In this document: piece by piece, positions 1 through 7,423 of the stretch | Layout of the letters: each line of letters begins with the position of its first letter | Numbering within the stretch: the first letter of the stretch is position 1 | Source of the DNA: an uncultured Clostridia bacterium | GTDB taxonomy: Bacteria > Bacillota > Clostridia > Christensenellales > UBA1242 | NCBI GenBank assembly: GCA_947629505.1 | Contig: CANRDW010000002.1 | Coordinates: forward strand, 150-64,149 | Direction: 5' to 3' | Length of the DNA: 64,000 bases | Position numbers and translations under genes: made by a program | The notes under the pieces: generated by a model | Seen by the model: the letters and a program-made list of their open reading frames with translations, nothing else | What the model was told of the DNA's origin: nothing | Databases searched by the model: none

Positions 1-666
1 CCTATATATACATTTTATGATGATAGCCAATTTGCACATGTGACGATAAATGGGGTTTCTAAGTGGTTTTCTGTGACGCCAATCCGCTGGCGTGTGAGTG
101 ACTATAACACACCACAGACAACTTATCCGCAATATTATGAACAATATGGCACGACATTGCAACATATTGATGCAGTTTCAGACAAAATACTTTTTGCAAG
201 CATCATGACGCCAGAAAAAATTGACGGCTCTGAAGAGAAAAACAGTTTTCAGTTCTGGCTAACGGACTATGTAAACAACACATTATACAGCAATTTAAAG
301 ATGCAATATACAGAAATGTCACAACAGATGTTTGATGTATTCCAACCAGATGGGACACAAGAGGTTGTGCAGGAAGAAAGAGAGGGATATAATATGCTTG
401 TTGGGAATTTAACAAGCAAGTTAAATCAATCCAAACTCACAGAATTTGCATCGTTTTTGATGTATGGCACAACAGCCTATGCGGGATCATTTGACAACTA
501 TTGGACAAGGGATTTAGGAATATATAATATGGAAACACAAGACTCATATGCCGAGTATGGCTGCGGCGTGGTCATCACAAGTGATGGGCGTCAAACACTT
601 CGCTGGCTCAACCAAATGTGCGGAGTGAGATTGACAGCCACATTCACGGGGATAAGCAGATATTAG
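1..666 (+). CDS. 3' part of a surface/secreted protein gene (5' end outside window), DUF6273-like C-terminal domain
   Basis: Frame 1 is open from nt 1, with no stop before the first Met at 40. Stop TAG at 664-666. Motifs IRWRV, NYWTRDLG and GVRLTATF resemble the DUF6273 pattern. Family call is by eye only. Confidence 0.6.
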   Translation, partial: PIYTFYDDSQFAHVTINGVSKWFSVTPIRWRVSDYNTPQTTYPQYYEQYGTTLQHIDAVSDKILFASIMTPEKIDGSEEKNSFQFWLTDYVNNTLYSNLKMQYTEMSQQMFDVFQPDGTQEVVQEEREGYNMLVGNLTSKLNQSKLTEFASFLMYGTTAYAGSFDNYWTRDLGIYNMETQDSYAEYGCGVVITSDGRQTLRWLNQMCGVRLTATFTGISRY

Positions 667-667
667 T

Positions 668-810
668 GAGATCCTTCGCGTTGCTCAGGATGACAAAAAG
701 GGTTTAGGATGACGAAAATAAACACTTAGGATGACGATGGCGTGGACTTTGAAGCCGTCATTCTGAACGCAGTGAAGAATCTCTGAGATCCTTAGCGTTG
801 CTCAGGATGA
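668..810. repeat. REP-like intergenic repeat cluster
   Basis: The 26-27-nt motif GAGATCCTT(C/A)GCGTTGCTCAGGATGA occurs at 668-694 and 785-810. TTAGGATGACG occurs at 704-714 and 726-736. A diverged third copy lies at 61750-61777. ORFs predicted across the region look like translation artefacts. Confidence 0.6.
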
Positions 811-842
811 ATAGGGTGAGGCTTGCGGGGGGGGCGGAGTGC

Positions 843-876
843 AAAAAAAAGGACGGTCGAAGGTCGTCCTTTTTTC
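843..876 (+). terminator. Rho-independent (probably bidirectional) terminator
   Basis: A-run, stem AAGGACG/CGTCCTT (849-855 / 865-871), then a T-run. Lies downstream of the 1-666 gene. Confidence 0.55.
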
Positions 877-1007
877 GTGCCAGAAATGGCACAGGCATCT
901 TTACTAAAAGATGCCGCACTCCGCCCGTTTTCAATGTGCAGTGGCAAAAACAATTCAAAATGCAGGTTTTGTCAAATTTCCGCCAAGATTTTTGCATTCC
1001 GTCACTA

Positions 1008-1014
1008 TTCGACA
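1008..1014 (-). promoter_or_regulatory. 0A-box-like heptamer (TGTCGAA) upstream of spo0A
   Basis: TTCGACA on the + strand is TGTCGAA on the - strand, ~105 nt upstream of the spo0A start. A single 7-mer could be chance. Confidence 0.3.
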
Positions 1015-1119
1015 TGATTGGTATTATCTTGACAAAAACAAATATTTTTCTTTTTCCACAATTTGCAACAATATGTTATATTATTCTTGTTTTGCAAAGC
1101 ACAAAAAAAGGAGAATAAA

Positions 1120-1863
1120 ATGGAAAAAGTAAAAGAAAACAAATTGCCAAAAATTTACATTGCAGACAACACAGAGGACAACACTTTGATTGAATATTTT
1201 AAAAATAGTGACAAATTTGACTTTGTTGGGGCAAGTTTTGACGGGGTAAAGGTTGTTGAAGACGTTGAAACTTTGCAGCCAGACATTCTTGTCAGCGAAG
1301 TTATGCTGTCAAATTTGGACGGATTTGCCGTTTTAGAGAAGATAAAAGGCGCAAACATGCCAAAGGTGTTTTTTGTGTCAAATCTTTCTCACAGCGGTTT
1401 TGTGACAAAGGCGATTCAACTTGGGGCGAGTTATTTTATGTTAAAACCCGTTTCAGCGGAAAATCTTGAAAGCCGCATCTTTGAAGTGATCAACAACGGG
1501 CGTGGAAACGGCGAAAGCAAGCAACTTGACGAGAAAATTTCAAATATTTTTATCAGCATTGGCATCCCGGCGCATATAAAAGGATATCAATTTCTTCGCG
1601 AGGCGGTTAAACTTGCCGTGGAAGAGCCTGAAATCATCGGCTCCATCACAAAAAAACTCTATCCAACCATTGCGGAGCGCTTTGAAACAAGTTCAAGCAA
1701 GGTTGAAAGAGGCATGCGTCACGCCATTGAAGTTGCTTGGAATCGCGGAAAAATTGAAAATATCAACAATATTTTTGGATTAAAGATATATAATAGAAAT
1801 GAAAAGCCTACAAATGGCGAACTTATTGCCTTAATCGCTGATAAAATGATTATGGATGGCTGA
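1120..1863 (+). CDS. spo0A: Sporulation master regulator Spo0A (receiver + Spo0A_C DNA-binding domain)
   Basis: RBS AAAGGAG then ATG at 1120. The C-terminal HIKGYQFLREAV...SITKKLYPTIAERFETSSSKVERGMRHAIEVAWNRG is near-identical to the B. subtilis Spo0A signature. The N-terminus is CheY-like with LGASYFMLKP. Confidence 0.92.
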   Translation: MEKVKENKLPKIYIADNTEDNTLIEYFKNSDKFDFVGASFDGVKVVEDVETLQPDILVSEVMLSNLDGFAVLEKIKGANMPKVFFVSNLSHSGFVTKAIQLGASYFMLKPVSAENLESRIFEVINNGRGNGESKQLDEKISNIFISIGIPAHIKGYQFLREAVKLAVEEPEIIGSITKKLYPTIAERFETSSSKVERGMRHAIEVAWNRGKIENINNIFGLKIYNRNEKPTNGELIALIADKMIMDG

Positions 1864-1973
1864 TATTGGCGGTTTTCAAAAAAATTTATTAAAAAAAGTA
1901 AAAAATTTTTGATTTAGGTATTGAATTACAAAAAATGATGTGATATAATAATGCCATCGATAGGAGGTATTTT

Positions 1974-3536
1974 ATGTCTAGAACATTATCAAAAATCTTA
2001 GTTATCTGCGCCATGGTCGTTGTTTTGCCTTTGATGGTGGTTGGAACGGTTTTCGCCGCATACCATTCAATTGACAGCACCGTTAAAGTTGGTGTGGCAT
2101 TTGTTAATGGCGAAAAAGTGACAGGTGAAGTTTCTGATATTTACGCCACTGTTAAATACGGCGATGAAAAATCAGAAGAAATCAAAATCGTAAAGGGGCA
2201 CACTCAAACCGCAACTGTTTCTGCAGTTTATTCAAAACAAGCCTACACATTTGAGGGCTGGTTTATGGGCGATGCTGACGCTTATGCCAAAGCAGTGGAA
2301 AATGGCACTGCAGATCTCAACAAAGAAACAGATTTGACTTTTAACATGTCAAACACAACAGACGTTGTTGCTGTTTACAGTGTTCACAAATTCACAATTT
2401 CTTACACAGGTGCTGAGGCTCCAGCGAGCGCTGCAACAGAAGTTAAATATGGTGACAAACTTGCTGACCCTAAATCTAAAGACTCAATGGATGAAGCAAA
2501 ATGTTACAGAGGCTGGGTTGTAAGCGGAGATAACACAGGTGCAAGATATAAATATGCAACATTCAACGCAGAAGGGCCTTTCACTCTTGAAAACCCACTC
2601 GACAACAGAAAAGGTTATGATTTAACATTAAAAAATGATGGAACTGAAAAAACTAAAAAAGTTTATGTGGAAGATCAAGAAGGAAATCCTACAGACGTTG
2701 ACTTGAATGAAGAACTCGACTTAGACACTCTTTTCCCGGGGGTTAAAGAAAACGGATACACATATTCATGGGAAGATGAAGCAGGGAATGTTGTTAATGG
2801 AAAAGTTCCTGTAACTGAAAACACAACTTATTCTCTCAAAAAGGTTGCAATTGAATACAATGCACATATCACTTTGGGCAACAACATTACAGACACAGTT
2901 GATTCAAACGTATCTTTCACAGTTGAAAAACATGAAGCAATTGACAAATTATTCACTCTTAAAAGCAAATATTCATTCTTCAAAATTAAACAAATCGTTG
3001 CTGATGGAGAAACATATCAAGATGCAAAATCTTTTGTAAATGCTTTTGTTGCTGAACATAAAGATGAATCCGCAACAGCTGAAATCACGGTTGACTCAGA
3101 AAGCAGATTTACAACAATCACTGTTTCTAATGGTGTCCAATTCAATTCTAAGAAAGAAGGTGAAGGGGCAAATGTTTTCACAGGCGGAGTATATAATTCA
3201 ACTGGATCTTCAAAGTCTGCAACAATAAACAAAGCAGAAATCAAAGAAGATACTTTGATTTGCAAACTCTTCAGCATTCTTGACAACAATGGAGAAATTG
3301 AAGATCTCTACAGTGATGCAGACCATACAAAACCAGTTTCCCTTGTTGGCATACAAGTATTCTTTAATTCAGATGTTAACCAAAGATTGAATATTACTCT
3401 TACAAGTGATTTGACAGTTTATGATTTTATGGAAGCAATAATCAATTTGTGGAAAACAATTGACAACAACGACAAAATTGAATTCCCAGGTGACACAGAT
3501 TTTGAAATTTCTCAAATCAAATTGCTTTTCGCTTAA
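1974..3536 (+). CDS. Membrane-anchored surface protein with Listeria-Bacteroides (Flg_new-like) repeats
   Basis: RBS TAGGAGG then ATG. N-terminal hydrophobic anchor ILVICAMVVVLPLMVVGTVFAA. Repeat signatures YTFEGWFMG, YRGWVVSG and GYTYSWEDEAGN. Confidence 0.75.
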   Translation: MSRTLSKILVICAMVVVLPLMVVGTVFAAYHSIDSTVKVGVAFVNGEKVTGEVSDIYATVKYGDEKSEEIKIVKGHTQTATVSAVYSKQAYTFEGWFMGDADAYAKAVENGTADLNKETDLTFNMSNTTDVVAVYSVHKFTISYTGAEAPASAATEVKYGDKLADPKSKDSMDEAKCYRGWVVSGDNTGARYKYATFNAEGPFTLENPLDNRKGYDLTLKNDGTEKTKKVYVEDQEGNPTDVDLNEELDLDTLFPGVKENGYTYSWEDEAGNVVNGKVPVTENTTYSLKKVAIEYNAHITLGNNITDTVDSNVSFTVEKHEAIDKLFTLKSKYSFFKIKQIVADGETYQDAKSFVNAFVAEHKDESATAEITVDSESRFTTITVSNGVQFNSKKEGEGANVFTGGVYNSTGSSKSATINKAEIKEDTLICKLFSILDNNGEIEDLYSDADHTKPVSLVGIQVFFNSDVNQRLNITLTSDLTVYDFMEAIINLWKTIDNNDKIEFPGDTDFEISQIKLLFA

Positions 3537-3564
3537 TAAAATTAAAAAAAGTTGTTAAAATTAT

Positions 3565-3594
3565 TTGACATTGCCTTTCTAAGTGTGTTAAACT
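3565..3594 (+). promoter_or_regulatory. Sigma-A-type promoter for tRNA-Val
   Basis: TTGACA at 3565-3570, 18-nt spacer with TGn, TAAACT at 3589-3594. The tRNA starts at 3606. Confidence 0.5.
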
Positions 3595-3605
3595 TAGAGG
3601 GCAAT

Positions 3606-3681
3606 GGGAGTTTAGCTCAGTTGGTAGAGTACCTGCCTTACAAGCAGAGGGTCATAGGTTCGAGCCCTATAACTCCCACCA
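3606..3681 (+). tRNA. tRNA-Val (anticodon UAC), CCA encoded
   Basis: Hand-folded cloverleaf. Acceptor GGGAGTT/AACTCCC, D stem GCTC/GAGT, anticodon loop CTTACAA, T arm ATAGG-TTCGAGC-CCTAT, 3' ACCA. Confidence 0.9.
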
Positions 3682-3682
3682 A
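3636..3682. repeat. attL core (3' part of the intact tRNA-Val)
   Basis: CCTTACAAGCAGAGGGTCATAGGTTCGAGCCCTATAACTCCCACCAA is identical to 23282-23328. Confidence 0.9.
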
Positions 3683-3749
3683 TAGTATTTTGAGAACACA
3701 ACATACACAACATGTTGTGTTCTTTTTTATTAAAATTTTAATTTGTGAC

Positions 3750-4907
3750 TCATTTTGTGCTGGAATTATCGTCAACTTTATCGTCAAAATCAAGGTATAA
3801 ATCGCCGTAAAGTTCGCGCAAAGCGGCCTTTGGTATGTTTTCCTTTATGTTCGTGTAAATGTCATTTGTGATCACAATTGAGGCATGTCCTAAGTAAAGT
3901 TGCCTGAATTTGTCCTTTGCTCCAAGAAAGTATAAGTTCGCCGAACAAGTGTGGCGCAGTTCATGAAGAGTTTTATCCACATTAATCTCGTTAAAAATAT
4001 CTTTTGTCTTTTTGGTGGCGGTGGTGGAATGCATTTTAAAACTGTCTTGCTTCATATTCGCTTTTAAAAATTCAATAAATCCTTTTGTCACAGGAATATG
4101 CCTATCAGCGTTTTGTGTTTTTGTTCCCCGGATATGTATTGTTTGTTTTTTCTCATTCAGATCTCTTGATAAAGAAAATCTTAAGGTTTCTTCTCTTCGA
4201 CTTCCGGCAATCAAGGAAAACACAAAAAATGCATACAATTTTGATTTTTTTGCTTCGGCCAAGAATGCTTTCTGTTCTTCAAGGGTCATAGGTGATCGCG
4301 ATTGTTTAAACTTCTGCTTTGGTTTCTCAAGGCCAACAGTCAAATCTTTTTTAATTTTCCCTGTCACAAACGCTTTTAAAAGAATTTTCTTTACTTTTTG
4401 AAAGACTTTGCCACGCGTTGTCTCTTTTTTAATGCCATTTATAAATTTCTGCCACTGCTCTATTGTGCTTTTCTCCAACTCTACACGAGCAAAGTGAGGT
4501 TTGATGTAATTATCAACCATTACTTTCCACTCATCTTTTGTGCCTTTCTTTAAGTCACTGTTTTCAATGTAAGTGTTGTAATAATACTCAAAATATGCAA
4601 TGACGGTCAATTTCCCGGACATTTTTATTCTTTTAACTTCATTCTTCTTTCTTGGAACAATCTTTGGGATTTTTTCGACAAGTTCTCTGTAAGTGTTCGC
4701 AATGGCATAATAAAGAAGTCCATTTTGCAATCGCGAATACTCCCAGCGACTGTCTTTTCGTTTATAGCAATATTTTTTCAATGTTTCTACTCCTTTATTT
4801 TCAATTTTTGGAGTAGAGTCTTTTTGACGTTTTTGAAAGTTTATCACTTTTGGCTGCAGGTCAAACGGGCCTTTGCTATCTTCTCGGGCCCATTCATAAA
4901 CTTTCAA
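3750..4907 (-). CDS. int: Tyrosine recombinase / phage integrase
   Basis: C-terminal catalytic motifs LHELRHT (HxxR) and LGHASIVITNDIYTN (H...Y). Adjacent to tRNA/attL. The annotated start is TTG at 4907, and a strong RBS+ATG lies at 4980 in another frame (see findings). Confidence 0.85.
   Translation of the reverse strand: MKVYEWAREDSKGPFDLQPKVINFQKRQKDSTPKIENKGVETLKKYCYKRKDSRWEYSRLQNGLLYYAIANTYRELVEKIPKIVPRKKNEVKRIKMSGKLTVIAYFEYYYNTYIENSDLKKGTKDEWKVMVDNYIKPHFARVELEKSTIEQWQKFINGIKKETTRGKVFQKVKKILLKAFVTGKIKKDLTVGLEKPKQKFKQSRSPMTLEEQKAFLAEAKKSKLYAFFVFSLIAGSRREETLRFSLSRDLNEKKQTIHIRGTKTQNADRHIPVTKGFIEFLKANMKQDSFKMHSTTATKKTKDIFNEINVDKTLHELRHTCSANLYFLGAKDKFRQLYLGHASIVITNDIYTNIKENIPKAALRELYGDLYLDFDDKVDDNSSTK
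3766..3787. promoter_or_regulatory. Putative integrase arm-type sites (2 x TTATCGTCAA, 12-nt period), left end
   Basis: TTATCGTCAA at 3766-3775 and 3778-3787. The same doublet, with the same spacing and orientation, is at 23209-23230. Confidence 0.5.
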
Positions 4908-5064
4908 CTTTTCTAAGATTTCACTGATTTGTTTGGCGTGAACCTCAATCTGTTCGATTTGTTTTTATATATTTTTCCATATTTATCCTCCTTTATGACA
5001 TAAAATATTTATTTTTTCGAACTTTTTGCATATAATTATATTGTCAAAAATTTTTTTAAAATTA

Positions 5065-5094
5065 TTGACAAATGCTAGTTAACTATGGTAAAAT
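5065..5094 (+). promoter_or_regulatory. Strong sigma-A-type promoter (extended -10)
   Basis: TTGACA at 5065-5070, 18-nt spacer ending in TGg, TAAAAT at 5089-5094. Confidence 0.55.
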
Positions 5095-5100
5095 TAGCAA

Positions 5101-5218
5101 TGTAAAGGGAATTTTTGCATTTCTAGTTGCGAAAATGCAACGATTCTCCAATTAGCTCATCTATCCTATTTTTGGTAGAAGGAGTTCTAAGAACGGTTAC
5201 CCTGTGGTAGCCGTTTTT
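5101..5218 (+). ncRNA. Candidate ~115-nt small RNA between the integrase and the DUF3800 operon
   Basis: Sits between the promoter above and an intrinsic terminator (stem AACGGTTA/TAGCCGTT 5192-5215, then a T-run). No ORF with an RBS. Contains the hairpin GTTGC-GAAAAT-GCAAC. Confidence 0.35.
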
Positions 5219-5714
5219 ATGTTTTTAAAGACTCTTCATATCTTTTTTGATAAACTTTAACATTTTGTTTGTTTACGATAAAGCAAGTTATAAATCTATA
5301 TCTTCTTGTCAAGCATTCCAAAACAATCATAATGTTTTTGCTTTTACACCAGACATATGTTTTTAATTTGTTTTTTTCTTTTCTATCAAAAGTAATGTAA
5401 TTTTCACAATCAAAACAATCTTGTAGCAAAACGGCTATGTAATGAACTGCTGCACATCTTTTCAAATTTGGATATGTTTTCTCATGAGTCCTATAGTCTG
5501 TATTTGAAATAATATGCCAAAATCGTTCTAACCTTCCATTTTCTTCTCTTAAATTTGAAACTTCTACCGGTTTGCTTTTAAAATAGACCGTATTTTTTAT
5601 AAATTTCTCTTCAAATAAGTCGCTTAAGTAATCAAAATAATTATCTACATTCCCATTAAAAGAATTCAAATCTCGTATTTCTTGTTCATGAATGCAAGAG
5701 GTCTCAGATTCCAT
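5217..5714 (-). CDS. Hypothetical protein, last gene of the XRE-DUF3800 operon
   Basis: RBS GGAGG 6 nt before the ATG at 5714 (MESETSC...). Overlaps the DUF3800 stop by 11 nt. No family recognised. Confidence 0.7.
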   Translation of the reverse strand: MESETSCIHEQEIRDLNSFNGNVDNYFDYLSDLFEEKFIKNTVYFKSKPVEVSNLREENGRLERFWHIISNTDYRTHEKTYPNLKRCAAVHYIAVLLQDCFDCENYITFDRKEKNKLKTYVWCKSKNIMIVLECLTRRYRFITCFIVNKQNVKVYQKRYEESLKT

Positions 5715-6420
5715 ATCTTTCCTCCGCACTTTCTAAAAACAATAAATTAAATTTTTCTTCTCTTAACAATGTTGTTTTGGTTAAATCATATCCGGACATT
5801 TTCTTTATAATTTCAATCAACTTTGTTTTTGCCTCAACTGCCGACAAATTTCTTAAACTGTATGAAATTGCTCCTAAAAGCAAATCAGTAATTTGAAGAA
5901 GTTGTATCTCGTGCGATTTAACTTGCTGCACTTTTTCAATGAAAGTTTTATTATATTCCCAATTCACAAGCTTATCTAAAACTTCTTTAAGATGTTCTAC
6001 TCTTTGTTGTGAATTTGTGTCCTTCATATCCAAATAAATATTATATTTTGAATTTGGCGATATAATTGCTTTTAACATTTCATAGTATGCAACATAATAG
6101 AACGACTTAAAATCGTGTTGCTTATATTTCTTAAAATTCAGTTTTGTTTTATCAACAATGATGGCGCGAAAGTGTAAATCCTCGTCATCAAAAAAAGTTA
6201 AGATCAAAGCCTTAGCCACTTCATAGTTAGATTTTGATATTTTTGTCCACTTTATTTCCTGCACTTTGGATCGCTTCCAAGTTTCTTTTATTCTTTTAAT
6301 TCTGTCGTTGATTTCTTTTATTTTGCTTTTTTTACAATACACACAACCAATCAACATGTATTGACAATTATCATTTTGTAAGTGACATGATTCGTCACAG
6401 TAAACATTGTATTCTTCCAT
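5704..6420 (-). CDS. DUF3800 domain protein
   Basis: RBS AAGGGGGGG then ATG at 6420. The N-terminal YCDES motif and overall pattern (IKWTKIS, RAIIVDK, QITDLLLGAI) are typical of DUF3800. The track ORF extension to 6603 overlaps XRE and is rejected. Confidence 0.75.
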   Translation of the reverse strand: MEEYNVYCDESCHLQNDNCQYMLIGCVYCKKSKIKEINDRIKRIKETWKRSKVQEIKWTKISKSNYEVAKALILTFFDDEDLHFRAIIVDKTKLNFKKYKQHDFKSFYYVAYYEMLKAIISPNSKYNIYLDMKDTNSQQRVEHLKEVLDKLVNWEYNKTFIEKVQQVKSHEIQLLQITDLLLGAISYSLRNLSAVEAKTKLIEIIKKMSGYDLTKTTLLREEKFNLLFLESAEERYGI

Positions 6421-6433
6421 ATTTATCCCCCCC

Positions 6434-6787
6434 TTATAAATACTTTTTTCGAATGATGTCACGTTCTTGTTGTGTTTCTTTAAGGCCGGCAATGTAGGCT
6501 TCAGCCTTGCCGCACAAATCTTCATCCAGATCTCTGATTGATTCAATGATACTTTGTTGCGCTGCATTGAAACTGTCAATGTGGATGATGCCTTTCGTTT
6601 CATGGCCTAAAAGATAATCGATTGAAACACCAAAATAATCCGCGAGTAATATTAGAGTATTTGAATCTGGCTGCCTTTTCCCTAACTCATAATTTTGATA
6701 TGTTTGCTTTTGTAATTTCAAATCCTGTGCCACTTCAGCCTGTGTTTTTTTTAGATTCTTGCGCAAAAATTGTAAGTTCTTCATCAT
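6434..6787 (-). CDS. XRE/CI-like helix-turn-helix repressor
   Basis: RBS AAGGAGG. HTH LKKTQAEVAQDLKLQKQTYQNYELGKRQP and LADYFGVSIDYLLG. Faces a divergent promoter/operator region. Confidence 0.85.
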   Translation of the reverse strand: MMKNLQFLRKNLKKTQAEVAQDLKLQKQTYQNYELGKRQPDSNTLILLADYFGVSIDYLLGHETKGIIHIDSFNAAQQSIIESIRDLDEDLCGKAEAYIAGLKETQQERDIIRKKYL

Positions 6788-6867
6788 TTAATCCTCCTTT
6801 TAAACTTAATTTACACTATAATTGTAAAAAAAAATATGCGATTTGTATATTTTTTTCTTAAAAACGC

Positions 6868-6917
6868 TTGACAAATATGCAAAATGTATTCTAAAATTGC
6901 ATTAGAATATACATTTT
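6868..6917 (+). promoter_or_regulatory. Rightward promoter overlapped by an inverted-repeat operator (genetic switch region)
   Basis: TTGACA at 6868-6873, 18-nt spacer, TAAAAT at 6892-6897. Imperfect inverted repeat AAAATGTATTCTAA (6881-6894) / TTAGAATATACATTTT (6902-6917). Confidence 0.55.
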
Positions 6918-6952
6918 GTATATTTAATTTAGGAGATGGCTATGGCAAGAAA

Positions 6953-6980
6953 ACAAAAAAATTGCCCCGGAGGGCAATTT
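6953..6980 (-). terminator. Intrinsic terminator of the 6991-7221 gene
   Basis: Stem AATTGCCC/GGGCAATT with a 4-nt loop, followed by a T-run on the minus strand. Near-identical to 7386-7413. Confidence 0.7.
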
Positions 6981-6990
6981 GATTGCAGAA

Positions 6991-7221
6991 TCAAAAATGA
7001 ATTTTTTGTAAGATTCCAAGTTTTTTGAACATCTCATAGTTCTCTAGAAGAAAATATTGGGTTTTTGCTTTCTTAATTAACTTTACCATTTTTCTTCTAT
7101 ATTTTCTAGTCATCATTTGTTCGCCATGCTCTTTCACAAAATTGGAGTTGAGTAATTCTTCTAATAATTGTTTGTATTCCTCAACTTCTTCCTTGCTTAA
7201 GTCATCTCTTATAGTTTCCAA
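6991..7221 (-). CDS. Small hypothetical protein (76 aa)
   Basis: TTG start preceded by AAGGAGAG. Own terminator. Confidence 0.6.
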   Translation of the reverse strand: METIRDDLSKEEVEEYKQLLEELLNSNFVKEHGEQMMTRKYRRKMVKLIKKAKTQYFLLENYEMFKKLGILQKIHF

Positions 7222-7228
7222 CGAGTCT

Positions 7229-7351
7229 CTCCTTTTGTTAAAAAATTATTAGTAAACAGTAATCGACATACTGCCTCCTAAATTTTACTAATAAACTATT
7301 ATAGCAAATTTTGGAGTGATATTAAATAAAAAACGGAGGATTTTTATGACA
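7229..7351. repeat. Copy 1 of a ~123-bp duplicated bidirectional control region
   Basis: ~85% identical to 7790-7913. Carries the minus-strand RBS at its left edge, a conserved mini-ORF (MSITVY, 7269-7249) and a plus-strand RBS+ATG at its right edge (MTKYG stop). Confidence 0.75.
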
Positions 7352-7385
7352 AAATACGGGTAAATCTACAAATTTAATATTTTGG

Positions 7386-7413
7386 AGAAAAAAAATTGCC
7401 CCAAAGGGCAATT
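7386..7413 (-). terminator. Intrinsic terminator of the 7424-7780 gene
   Basis: Stem AATTGCCC/GGGCAATT (7394-7413) plus a T-run on the minus strand. Confidence 0.7.
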
Positions 7414-7423
7414 TGATTGACGC

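Noticed and set aside
758-1132. Four overlapping small ORFs on both strands (758-1015, 798-1118, 823-1017, 911-1132)
   Set aside because: They lie in the REP-like repeat, terminator and spo0A promoter region, are mutually exclusive, have no RBS, and have repeat-derived sequences.
3552-3800. ORFs 3552-3800 (+) and 23153-23362 (+), which share the peptide YKQRVIGSSPITPT
   Set aside because: The shared peptide is simply the translation of the tRNA-Val 3' half / att core. Both ORFs lack an RBS and overlap the tRNA or att sites.
5704-6603. Long form of the DUF3800 ORF starting at 6603
   Set aside because: It would overlap 170 nt of the XRE gene in another frame. A strong RBS and the family-typical N-terminus (MEEYNVYCDES) support the start at 6420.
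6622-6861. ORF 6622-6861 (+), antisense to the XRE repressor gene
   Set aside because: It has no RBS, gives a low-complexity translation, and overlaps a well-supported HTH gene and its promoter.
6942-7028. 28-aa ORF (MARKQKNCPGGQFDCRIKNEFFVRFQVF) with an AGGAGA RBS just downstream of the rightward switch promoter, a possible tiny Cro-position gene
   Set aside because: Most of it is the terminator hairpin and the 3' end of the convergent 6991-7221 gene. The Cys/Gly codons come from the palindrome. Kept only as a remote possibility.
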